A DNA stretch of 64,000 bases from Octopus vulgaris (Eukaryota). A program made the position numbers and the translations under genes. Each line of letters starts with the position of its first letter. The first letter of the stretch is position 1. The stretch lies in contig OX597826.1 of the NCBI GenBank assembly GCA_951406725.2, positions 62,930,001-62,994,000 on the forward strand, in the 5' to 3' direction. Below the pieces are notes generated by a model. That model saw nothing but the letters and a program-made list of their open reading frames with translations, was not told the origin of the DNA and ran no database searches. Of this stretch, positions 51,800 to 64,000 are shown one piece after another.

Positions 51800-52655
51800 T
51801 CTTTCGGCCAGTGGATTAGATCGATCTCCAGTACGCAACTGGTACTTTATTTATCGACCTCGAAATGATTAAAGGCAAAGTCGACCTCGGTGTAATTTGA
51901 ACAGACGAATTACCGCTAAGCATTTCGAATATACTAAATACTGTAATATATCATGCAGGTCATCTTTGATTACATCGGTTTTTCAAATGTAGGCACAAGG
52001 ATAGCATTTTGATTTGAGAAGGGATTAATCGATTACTTAGATCTCAATACCCAACTAGTACTTATTTTGTTAACCTCTAAAGGATGAAAGACAGTGGAAT
52101 ATGAACTCAGTACCTGAAGCCGGAAGAAATGCTGCAATGCATTTTGGACCTCACTCGAACGATTCTGGCACCTCGCCGCCTTTGATTGTTAAAAAAATAT
52201 GTTTTCTCTTCCGTTAGAATTATTCTCCTACAAAGAAAATCTTAAGCTGTGAGATTATGAAGAATGACTTAAACCTAAGCTTCAATTTTGGTAATCTTGT
52301 AAATTGGCAAATACTTTAATTTTCTTATCGAACTTGCTCAAGATTTTCTAAGTAAATGATGATAAACTAAGTATTTCTACTCTGAAAATAATACACTTGA
52401 TTCATATAAACGACACAGAGTTGTCCTTTACCTGAAAAAGAGTTTTAGACTACCTTCTAATTATGCATAAAATTAGTTTCAATTTTTTCATAAGGCCAAC
52501 AATTTATGGGGTGGGGCTAAATCGATGACATCAACTCCCGTGCTCAACTAGTACTTATTTTATCGATCCCCAAAATGCTGAAAGTCAAAATCGACCACTT
52601 GAACCCAGAACGTAAAGACGGACGAAATACCACTAAGCATTTTGCCCAGCATAAA
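51800..52655 (-). mobile_element. Cluster of three degenerate family D SINEs (about 51800-51930, 52020-52185, 52505-52655)
   Basis: Each contains the reverse-complemented core AACT(G/A)GTACTT...TTTATCGA...AAAG.CAAA. Confidence 0.72.
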
Positions 52656-53044
52656 ACGATTAATGCATAGAATCTTCAAAATAAGGAATATCCCAATAGA
52701 AGCAATAATAGATGATACTGAAACGGATAAAAGTAATTAATACTGCATAGGAGACACACCTTAGACGTATGGCCGAATGTATTTCAAAACGCAGAGCAAT
52801 TAAGTTTGAAGAATTAACTCATAGTCCCCTGAAATTATCTCACTGACCCAACCACATTCTATTCCTGTCGTTGAAAGATGCTAACAAGAGTTCTTTGGCT
52901 CTTTGGCTTTCGTTTTTCCATTAGAAGCATATGTTAGTCTATAACAATTCATTATGTACGACAATCATTACACCTCACATAATCATTCAAATTCATATCG
53001 TTAGCCACTTTAAATTATTTCTCAGTTTTAGTTATTCTTATATT

Positions 53045-53252
53045 TTTCTTTTACTTTTGTCAGTCATTTGACTACGACCATGCTGGGGCACCGTCTTTTA
53101 GCCAAGCAAATCGACCCCAACACTTATTCTTTGTAAGCCTTACTACTTATTCTATCGGTCCTCTTTTGCCGAACCGCTAATTACGAGAACGTAAACATAC
53201 CAGCATCGTTTGTCAAGCGATGTTGGAGGGACAAACACAGACACACAAACAT

Positions 53253-53287
<35 letters not shown>

Positions 53288-53421
53288 CGACGGGCTGTTG
53301 GCTTTTGTCGGCCGGAGGCTATAGAAGGAGGCACTTGCCCATCGTGCCACGCTGTGGGACTGAATCCGGAACCATGTGCTTAGTAAGCAAGCTATTTACC
53401 ACACAGCCACTCCTGCGCCTA
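53045..53421 (-). mobile_element. SINE family C with an internal deletion
   Basis: Colinear with 29826-30245. Confidence 0.85.
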
Positions 53422-53799
53422 TAAGCCATTCCTGTAATTTTATCATATATATAATTGTAAAGACTTTATCTGCAACCAAGGAAAGTATAAATTATTCTGA
53501 CAATATAAAAGGAGGATGAAACGCGTGTCCAAGTATGTCTCCTGGGAACAGAGATTAGATTAACCTTCACGTGGCAAGTAGCTAAATTCCTCATATTATT
53601 CTCATTTTTTTCAAATTATCTTCCCTCTAAAACCAGAAGCTAAATATCCATCGAATCATACACTGACGATTCTAAAGAAAAATTAGTTGAGACACAGTAA
53701 ATAACTTAATGTCAGAGTCTTTCTTTCTTCCTTTTTCTCTCTCCCTTTCTAACCCCTCTCTACACCCCATCTCTCTCCTTACACCCAATATTCAAGCCT

Positions 53800-54075
53800 A
53801 ATTTTTCTCGTATGGTATCCAACGAACTGAGCCTCTTGTTTCCGGTGGTCATTGTTCATGAAAGAAATCGATGTTTCCCTCTCTATTTTCACAAGATAAC
53901 ATCAGTATTCGTCCAAAGAACCGTATCACTGCAGCCCTGATAATCTTTTGCAGTTGTTTGTTAATGTTCCAGACGTATGACCAAATGTACGGATGCTTTC
54001 TATATATGTTCTTAGAAAACTTATTTCTTCTTTTCTTACAGTTAACCATTTTTTGACAAAATATGTATTTGATCT
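53800..54075 (-). mobile_element. RTE-like LINE ORF 3' relic
   Basis: Minus strand FLRTYIESIRTFGHTSGTLTNNCKRL (compare ESILLYGxExWTLT) and IRFFGRI...RGSVRWI (compare FGHI...GRPxxRW). Confidence 0.5.
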
Positions 54076-54077
54076 CA

Positions 54078-54552
54078 AGATATGTTTCTTTATTAGCCAC
54101 ACAGGGCTGCACACAGACAGGACAAATTACAAGGTAGAGCTTTTCTTTTGGGGGTAAAAAAAGGGGGTTTGGTTTTCGATCAAAAGGGATCGTAAAGGGA
54201 AAGAAAGAGGACAAAAAAGGAGGAAATAAATTTTTTTAAAAAAAGGGGGGAGGAAAAAAAGGGAAAGGAAAAAAATGATCAATAGGGATCGTTATCACAG
54301 AAATGTCAATATGAAGTGTAAAGGGGAGAACAGGTGAGGTTTACCCGTGGAAAGAAAAGCCTACGGAAAAGACCACAGTAACCTCGGTCAATGAAGTCAC
54401 ATGTCATATTTCTTTTTTTTTTGCAAATAAGAAACTCTCTGTATTAATTTTTACGGTTCATAGAATCATAGTCAAGGTGGCTTCGTCATTCATACGTGCC
54501 ATCCTTGCTACATTCACCCATCTTTTTTTAAAACATTCACTAGACAAAACTT
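54078..54552 (-). mobile_element. L1/Tx1-like LINE 3' end, second copy
   Basis: Highly similar to 12807-13275. Confidence 0.75.
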
Positions 54553-55202
54553 AAACACCCTGCGTTTGTCCTTGATTTATTTGATGCGTTTCCCTGATGT
54601 AGATGGGTATCAAAACTTTTTCCTACACATTTATACTATCGACATGGTTTCAAGTTCGTTCCGTTGATTCTTATGTTGCAAATTCGTTGTTCGCTGTGAT
54701 AAAGACGTAACAAGGAATTTTTATATTTTTAACGTTTATTATTCAGAATTCACTTGGAGTTAAAAAAGCAAAACCAACACCCCAAAAATACAAGGAATTG
54801 TGTACAACATGTATTAAATAAAGGAGGAATATGACATAAAGTCATTACAGATAGTAATACATCCTTATCACTAGAAATCGCTTTTTAACCATCTCAGACA
54901 TTAATGTGATGTATTTAAATATGGTTATGCTACATGCATTAATTAACACTGTTAAAATGAGATATTCTCAAATACATAATGTATAGAGTATTTTCGGTGT
55001 TTGTGCTAAACGTATCTTAATAATAGTCATAATATATTTGTTATGGTAATAACTGAAGATGTTTAAAAATTTTAAAGAGCTCTCTTTTGACATTATATTA
55101 TGGAATTAGTTTGCATTGAATTGTTATATTGATGTACCTTCAACGGATATGTGTGTTATGTGAGTGTGTGTGCATGTGTGTGCGTGTGTTTGTGTCTGCA
55201 TA

Positions 55203-55238
<36 letters not shown>

Positions 55239-55291
55239 TGTATGTATGTACGTGTTTGTGTATGTCTGTAAACATATATGTAAAGATGCAA

Positions 55292-55336
<45 letters not shown>

Positions 55337-55377
55337 CGTGTTTGCGTATGTCTGTAAATATATATGTAAAGATGCAA

Positions 55378-55461
<84 letters not shown>

Positions 55462-56089
55462 GCCTGTGTATGCGTGTCTTATGCATATAGATATGTGAAT
55501 ATATGTGTACATCTGTGTTTGTGTACATGTCTGTGTTTGAGTGGTATTATATAGTACAATATATTATACAAATATCTGTGTGCCTATGCATTTGTGAAAT
55601 TTCATTAATTTTCAATTCAATAATGCTAAATACTTATTGTATAATGCATTCATATATGTTTTTGTTTGTATTTTATAAGACATATTTACGTTTTCTTCTA
55701 TGTTTTTGTCATTCATGCGTTTTAAGTTGTTCCAAACTGTTTATTTACATAAAACTATTTTCCATGTGAATACAATATTAATGCAAGCCTTATCTATAGA
55801 AGTTTCAAGAAGGTCGATATTAGTCTGCTTCAAATTTGTTTTAGTATCAGAAACATTTAAGATAACGTTTGCAGTGCTGAATTTATTACACATATACAAA
55901 TATGACGGACCAAATATCCGGCAATCTTATATATCGGGATATCGGAAGTTAGAAAGATATCTGGATTTTCTGGTTTTCTGGAATCAGCCTAAATATATAC
56001 TTAAAATATAAAATAATATAACAGATTCAAATTAATACACTTCTAAAGCAAAGTCTGTTGGATGTTTATTAATAGACTTAGAATAATTA

Positions 56090-56415
56090 GGAACACTCCG
56101 TCGGTTACGACGACGAGGGGCCCAGCTGATACGATCAACGGAACAGCTTGCTCGATAAATTAACGTGCAAGTGGCTGAGCACTCCACAGACACGTGTACC
56201 CTTAACGTAGTTCTCAGGGAGATTCAGCGTGACACACAGTATGACAAGGCCGGCCCTTTGAAATACAGGTACAACTCATTTTTGCCAGCTGAGTGGACTG
56301 GAGCAACATGAAATAAAGTGTCTTGCTCAAGGACACAACGCGTCGCTTGGAATCGAACTCACGACCTTACAATCGTGAGCCGAATGCCCTAACCACTAAG
56401 CCACGCGCCTTCACT
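56090..56415 (-). mobile_element. SINE family B, full length, 14-bp TSD (tRNA head, CORE-like domain, tail shared with family A)
   Basis: TSD ACTTAGAATAATTA at 56076-56089 and 56416-56429. Minus-strand A box TGGCTTAGTGG, B box GAGTTCGATTCC, core CCTTGAGCAAGACACTT. Confidence 0.93.
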
Positions 56416-56734
56416 ACTTAGAATAATTAAAATATGCCATACTGTACAATGCATACAGTATAATGCTTATAGGATGAAAATTAAATGAAGAAAAGTAAAG
56501 GACAGGATTTTATTCAGCAGATACAGGTACAAATTCATACCCTTCTAAAGCACAATATATTTAATCGTAAATCAACTCAAAACAGTGAAGAACAAAACAT
56601 GTTTAACACATCGTACGCAAATTAATCAACTTCAGAAGTGAGGCCTGTTTACTCAATATTGCAAAGTATTCCCAGATTTCTGGAGTCGATGTCACCAATT
56701 TGCCTCACCCAAGAAAATTTCAAACTTGAGTCTT

Positions 56735-57792
56735 AAGGCGGGGAACTTGGCAGAATCGTTATCACGCCAGGTATAATACTCAGTGGCATTTCTTCTGTCT
56801 CTTTGTTCGGAACTCAAATTTTGCTGAGGTCCACTTTGCCTTTTATCCTTTTGGGGTTGATGAAATAAGTACTCAGTTAGGAACTGGGGTTGATGAAATA
56901 AATAGCACTAAAATCAAATAAGTGACTACTCTGCCTCCACCAACATTTCAGCCCTTGTTTCTATAACATAAAGAATTAATGCTATTATCTTAATACAATT
57001 TATGATGATATTATTATCAAGTCTTTAAGCGGTGAGCTGACAGATTCGTTACCGCTTAGCTGCATTCTTCCGGTTTTAAGTTCTGAGTTCCAATGTCACT
57101 GCGGTCAACGTCGCCTTTTATTCTTTCGGAGCTGATAAAATAAGTACCACCTGAGCACTGGGGTCGGTGTAATCGACTTCTACAGCCCTCAAAATTGCTC
57201 GCCTTATACTACAAAAATAAGAAAAGATATAATGAAGTCTGCAAGTGTGACACAGATGGTAACGCACTGAGCAGTAATACATTTCGTTGATTCATGACCG
57301 AATTCAAATCTTGCCTGTCAGTTCGATATTGCATCCATCCTCACTGTTTGTCTTCAAGAAATATTTCTTTGTATTTAGTTCAGTATACAACAGCTACTTC
57401 AATACATCATCTGTTTATGTGCGTGCGTTGGGAAAAAATTACATGATGCAATACAAACTTGTATTGGATCAAGGGTCACCAGCTAACCGGGATAGTGGTC
57501 TGAGAAGATAGTAACAACAGGAATTTTCACTTGATATGTAGGATATCGGTTGTGACATCACGGTGTTACATTGATACTATAATAATTTTGTTGCTGTAAG
57601 GTGGTGAGCTGGCTTACATACCGGGCAAGATGCTTAGCGGTATTTCGTCCTTTACGTTTTGAGATCAAATTCTGTCGAGGTCGACTTTGCCTTTCGATGT
57701 CGATAAAATAAGTACCAGTTGAGTGCTGCGGTCGATGTTATCGACTCACTCTCTCCCCTTGAATTGCTGGCCTTGTGCAGAAAATTTGAAAA
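56735..57792 (+). mobile_element. Cluster of three degenerate family D SINEs (about 56735-56960, 57025-57210, 57597-57792)
   Basis: Each has a TAAG(G)CGG.GA.CTG head and a CTTT..CCTTT...GATAAAATAAGTAC core. Confidence 0.75.
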
Positions 57793-57799
57793 CATTCGT

Positions 57800-58193
57800 T
57801 AATTCAGTCATTTGATTGCAGCCACGCTGGAGCACTGCCTTGAGGGTGTTTAGTTGGACAATTCGACGCTTAGACCATTTTTTAAAAATCTAGTACTTAT
57901 TCTATCATTTTCTTTTGCTGAGCCACTAAGACATAGGGATATAAACACACCATCACCAGTTGTCAAGCGGTGATGAGGGGACAAACACAAACACTAAGTC
58001 ACACACGCATACATATGTACATATATATACGACGGGCTCCTTTCAGTTTCCATCTACTAACTCCACTCCCGTGGCTTTGATCGGCCTGAGGCTACAATAG
58101 TAGACACTTGCCTAAGGTGCCACGCAGTGGAACTGAACCCGGAATTATGTGGTAGGGAAATAATCTTCTTACCACACTGTCACGTCTGCGCCT
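57800..58193 (-). mobile_element. SINE family C, older copy
   Basis: Colinear with 29826-30245. Confidence 0.8.
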
Positions 58194-59034
58194 GCTTGCT
58201 TGTGTTCTGTGTTTGTTTGTCAATTTGTTTTTAGTGGGGGGGGTGCTGTTATTATTTTCTTAAACGAGCTATCAGGATACAATATTTGAAGTAAATTAAT
58301 TGATATATTGATGCTTCTGTAGAAAGGTAATTGAAGTTGGAAGTGTAGGATAATTCATCCATCAATCAGCTCAGGAGTTCTCAAACTTATAAATGCCCTT
58401 TTCCCCCCAAAATATAAATAAGACTTATTGGCACCGAACCATTGTATATTAATGAGAAGACATAATAGAGTTTGCATCGATATAATTCTTCTTTCTTCGT
58501 CATGATGTTTGACAAGTTTAATAAGCTGAAAACAATTTTAATTTCATTAAAAACGGCAGGAAACTTTCCTATTTCCTTTTCGATTCTTGCAATATCTTCT
58601 ACATGAGAAACACTAAAACTAGCTGATGCTATATTACAGTAGCGTCGAGCCATAACTATAGATGTATTTTCCTCTCCCACAGAATTTTTCTCTTTCTGAA
58701 AAACTGATATTTTTTAATTAACGTTTCAAAATGCGTTTCTGGTAATATAGGTTACGATTATATTGGAATTTGATGCAAAAACAGAAATGGAGTGGAGGGG
58801 GCGAGGGCTGTTAATTCACACAGTTCATCATAATACAAAATCAAATAAAGTCAAGATGCGTGAGTTATCCGAGACCACCATCTCCCATTCTTTTCGTATC
58901 AAATTCCGGAATAATAATAACCTTCACCATCCGAATAGTATTTGTAGAAAATATTTATTAAGACATATCAAGTTTTCAGAAAGTTAAGAAGGGACACATC
59001 GAGATGTTAAACTATCCAAAGAACCTCTCCTTCC

Positions 59035-59415
59035 CAGGAGTGGCTGTGTGGTAAGTAGCATGCTTACCAACAACATGGTTCCGGGTTCAGTTCCACTGAG
59101 TGGCATCTTGGGCAAGTGTCTTCTACTATAGCCGCGGGCTGACCAAAGCTTTGTGGGTGGAATTGGTAGACGGAAACTGAAAGAAGCCTGTCCTATATAT
59201 GTATGTATATATGTGTGTGTGCGTGTGTTTGTCCCCTAGCATTACTTGACAACCATTGCTGATGTGTTTATGTCCCCGTCATTTAGCGGTTCGGCAAAAG
59301 TGACCGATTAAATAAGTACTGGGCTTACAAAGGATAAGTCCCGGGCTCGATTTGCTCAACTAAAGGCGGTGCTCCAGCATGGCCGCAGTCAAATGACTGA
59401 AACAAGTAAAAGAAA
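59035..59415 (+). mobile_element. SINE family C
   Basis: Colinear with 23300-23723. Confidence 0.88.
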
Positions 59416-59971
59416 AAGAGAGAGAGAGGGAGAGAAAGATAAATCTAGTCTACATCATGTAAAACATATATATGTCTAGAAAATGTATATGTCTGGAAAA
59501 TTTCATTGTAGAATGTGTATTTTTCAGAAAGTTACACAGACATAATGTCGGGTCTGGAGAGCACACATGTGTAGTTAAATCATTAAATCCAATTTTAGCT
59601 CACTATCATCAAAGCTGACATTTCACTATAACAGACACAATTTTCAAACAGAAAATAATAGTAATAACACAAAAAAAAACTTGTCCGTGTTCTAGCAGAA
59701 TTTGAACACCACATAAAAAGTTATTGGTTTAGTCTTCATTTTTACAATGACGTTGTTTCTGGCAGTAATATAGAGGGATGCAGCGAAGTGCTAGGTTAAG
59801 TAATTTAGATGTCATTGAATTTATTTTTGGAGAGCTAAATGGTTTGGTCAAAGACACAACACAGTGGCTTAGACAAAGTATGCATTAACATCATGATCCA
59901 TTAGCGATATGTTCTTCATAGAGCACAAAAGGAACAGAAGTACAATTTCTGGCAACTAACCAACCTTATAT

Positions 59972-60125
59972 GCAGGAGGAAAGAGTGAGAGAAAGTTGTG
60001 GCAAAAAAGTCAGCAGCAGTTCGCCATTACCTTCTGCGGGAGCCGCGTGGAGGTTAGGTGTCTCGCTGAAAAACACAGATTCGAACCGCGATCCCGCGGC
60101 TCTAACCACTAGGCCACGCGCCTAC
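59972..60125 (-). mobile_element. SINE family A 5' half, degenerate
   Basis: GGAAAGAGTGAGAGAAAGTTGTGG...CTAACCACTAGGCCACGCGCC matches the family A reverse complement. Confidence 0.7.
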
Positions 60126-60336
60126 AACGATTCTAATGCCGTATTAACATATAATTATGTCCGTAACTCAAAATCCTGATGTGCTACAGCAATTCTGAGT
60201 TCAGATTCGGAATCAACTTACTCGATTTATTCTAGTACAGCACCATTTGTCTGAGTAGCAGACAATAAATCTCTCTTGTTGCCCAGTGTTATCTATGTTC
60301 TATAATTTACGTCAATATATGTAGGTGTATACACAA

Positions 60337-60405
<69 letters not shown>

Positions 60406-61299
60406 TAATTAAGATTCAAGTGAGTTCTGTTGAATTCACATATATATATATATATATAATTTATGTAAATATATGTGGGTGTATATTTGTAGATATATAT
60501 ACCAGAAATATATATATACACACACACACAAATACATATACAGACACACGTATATATATATACATGTGTTAGTGTGGATGTATGTCAGTATGGGTGTATG
60601 TCGGTATGCATATATATGTGTGTGTTTTTATATATATAACCATACACATCTACATATATATTTATCAAATGCATAACAAATATATGTAGGTGAATATATG
60701 TAAACATTTATATTACACATGCACAGGCGCATACTTACATACATACATACATACATATATACATACATAAAATACACACATACGTACATACATTCGTATG
60801 TATATACAAGCATACCAAACAATCAATTGAAGCGAGACAACAAAGCATGAATATTATCTATATAGAAGCAATCAAATACTAGAAGATTATTAATACACAT
60901 CGATATAGATAGCTTTTGCCGCGTTAATTCATTGTTTATGTAAACAGGATCAATAATATTTGCTCACAGAAATTGCTCCCTTTGTTGTGGTCCCCAAAAG
61001 AATGGTTAGTTATAGCTAATAGACTGGGTTTTTTTTTAAAATCCATCAAAATTATTATCTACCAAGAGTTTATTTTTTTTTTAGTCGTTCTTATCATTAC
61101 TTCTATATTCATCAGAAATAGTTGTATAGAATAAGTTTGGACTTGTAATATTTGCACAGTATATTTTGCCCGCTGTGATAGGTTTCGATAGCAAATTTCA
61201 TTTGCGCTCATACGTGTTCATAGATAGACATGATAGGGGGGTTTGTGGTGCGGTAGGTGTTTCTAGAGTTTTGTTTCAATGCGTGCTGTGCCGTATTTA

Positions 61300-61393
61300 C
61301 ATAAATATACTTAGATACATATATATATATACACATGTATATAGATACACACACATATATATATACATATATATACATACATGCACGCATACA

Positions 61394-61444
<51 letters not shown>

Positions 61445-61485
61445 TTATATACATATATATATATACATATATATTTATTTATATA

Positions 61486-61538
<53 letters not shown>

Positions 61539-61602
61539 AATGGCGGTGCCCCAGCATGGCCACAGCTCATGAGCTGAAACTGGAAAAATCAAATCAAAAT
61601 CA

Positions 61603-61671
<69 letters not shown>

Positions 61672-61781
61672 CTATTCCCAGGTAAAAACATGGCGAAGAT
61701 ATATGTATACATAAGTATATACATATATATATATATATATGTATTTACATATGTATATACATATATGCATATATGTGTATA

Positions 61782-61840
<59 letters not shown>

Positions 61841-61890
61841 ATGTATGTATGTATGTATGTATATGCAAAGACATATATATACATATACTT
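61300..61890. repeat. Large compound (TA)n/(TACA)n microsatellite field, representative of dozens of similar tracts in the window
   Basis: Directly visible. Confidence 0.95.
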
Positions 61891-62319
61891 AGAAACCAAG
61901 ATGATCGTCTTAAGATTTATGATTCATCTTTTCTTTGTCTCTTTTCCTGCATGTAAGCGACGCGTTTATTCGTAAGTCTCTTTTTCCTGCAAATACTAAG
62001 ATTTTTAGGTTACTGCACTTCTGTTTACTTTTAACGTGTTTGTAAACTCGTAACCTGCACAACGCATAACAAAGTAGCGAGAGTCATGTTTTATTTACAC
62101 GGTTTTTCTTGCTGATTTTCATTTTTTTCCTTTTTGTTTGCCGGCCTGCTATACTTACCCCTTTGTAATACTCTAATTCAACTTCATGATTGAATTTTAG
62201 GGTTATGGTAAGTCAATTCTCATTACTTTCGTTTCTGCATGTTATTTCTTAATTCGTATTCATCTTTCTTCTACTCTATAAATGTATAAATATAAATATA
62301 TATAAATGCATGCACACAC

Positions 62320-62395
<76 letters not shown>

Positions 62396-62663
62396 ATATA
62401 TCTTGCATGAGGTATGTAGTTTATGCATGTATATGTGTGCGCGTATGCATGCGTATGTGCAAACGTTTCTGCCATGAATGTTCTTATTTCTTTTCCTCTC
62501 CATTATATCAAACCGCTAAAATATTAGGTACCGTATTAGTATTCGTATTTGTTTATTTACTGTTGCTGAATTCTTGCCTCACTGACCATTCTGTTGTATC
62601 AGAAAACTATTGAAGCTACAAAAAAAGTCTAATGTTTTTGCTGTCACTGCCTCACTTAAATAT

Positions 62664-62698
<35 letters not shown>

Positions 62699-64000
62699 TC
62701 TATTCCATATTATTGAATGCGAAGCACAATTTTTGATTTGTGCGTGTATTTCTTTAATTTTTGGCTTCTTTTGTTTATGGAAATGTTATTTTTAGCAAGT
62801 TAATTACATATATGGCGGACAAAGTATAGATTATATAGGAAAAACATATAATGCATTAGAAACCCAGTTTAGAGAGAAAAAAAAAACTAAGTGATTTACA
62901 CAAACTAACGGAATGTAAATATGTATATTCTTTTGATGCTTTTAGTCATCAGGTTGTGGCTATACTGGAGCAGCGCTTTTAAAGACAACTTTTAGTTTTG
63001 TTTTGTTTTTATGTTGCGCCCCGCTTCTTAGTCACTACAGCCGTTACTTAATCTGTCGAAAATGATTTATCGAATGGCTAAGTAAGAATGTGTATATATC
63101 TGTGTGTATATATATATGAGTGTGTCGATATATGTATATCTTTATATAAGTGTGGGTGGGTGTGTGTGCGTGTGTGAATATATATATATATACACACAGA
63201 CACATTAATACGCACACAGATTGAAGGATTAAAATGGTAGTGTCTATTGAAATACATATTTAAAAATTTTTTTATACAATCCACAGACAGAATTAATCTT
63301 TTTAGAAACGTATGGTTTCAAAATGATGACCGTTTTAGTCTAGGAACTGCTGATAACACAACACAACGAAATCGCAAACATTTAGAAGCAATGTCGTTCG
63401 GTATTTGTGCGCATTGTCGCATGATGCACGCCCTCAAACCATAACATTTATCTTTTAAGTATCCCCCATAAAAAGTCTAGTCGTGTTAGGTCTGGTGACT
63501 AAAGGCGGTATGCAACTGAAGCTTTTCGTCAATCGATCTTTACATCAAATTCTCATCAAGAGAGACTCTTACGTTGCAATAATAGTGTGGCATTGCCTTA
63601 TCTTACTGGAAATAAATCTTTAAAGTACTTTTGAAGACTTGGCATGACGGATTGTCTCAGTGCAGCAAGCTCGAGTAGATGGGACCAGTTACAGCACCGT
63701 CACAAGAAGGAATGGTCCATTTAATCCATTTAATGATAAGTCTCACCATACTGTAACCACTGGGGATTAACATGATGTTCTTTCATAATATGCAGATTCT
63801 GAGGCCCAGTAGACACAACTGTGGCGGTAAATTGAACCATTTCGTTTATATGTAGCCACGTCACTTTAAACACCTAATGTTAGAAAGTATGCATCTTCTA
63901 CTCATCTTGTTAGGTACCAATCGCAAAACACCACTCTTCTGTCAAGATCATATTCATTGAGAGCAAGGACTATTCTTAGAATGCAATTTTTTCAATAAAA

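Noticed and set aside
58387-58680. 97-aa non-repetitive minus-strand ORF
   Set aside because: No recognisable domain, non-ATG start and no clear splice donor. Compatible with chance.

Overview
Eukaryotic, AT-rich, microsatellite-saturated, essentially non-coding DNA. The SINE families and repeat landscape suggest an octopus or other coleoid cephalopod (inference). Nearly all ORFs in the supplied track are translations of simple repeats. Supported content: (1) many tRNA-derived SINEs in 4-5 families that share and swap head, core and tail modules, several with target-site duplications; (2) 3' fragments of REL-endonuclease (Dong/R4-like) LINEs inside (TAA)n, two L1/Tx1-like 3' ends and an RTE fragment; (3) a fossil Ty3/Gypsy pol (RT-RNase H-integrase) at about 17.3-18.9 kb; (4) four mariner remnants or MITEs; (5) Penelope-like remnants, namely a GIY-YIG relic and several hammerhead-ribozyme motifs next to (TA)n tracts. 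One of these lies in a 482-bp terminally redundant unit with a fold-back inverted copy, forming a ~750-bp palindrome at 37.86-38.60 kb; (6) a 6.5-kb GC-rich 22-bp satellite with nested 9- and 10-bp sub-arrays, higher-order periodicity and a terminal inversion. No complete host gene is visible. One candidate 184-nt minus-strand exon resembles the end of the DHX9/MLE dsRBD2. The most notable signals are the hammerhead-bearing, microsatellite-associated elements and a SINE whose tail matches the L1/Tx1-like LINE 3' end in the same window. All calls were made by eye; no database search was run.
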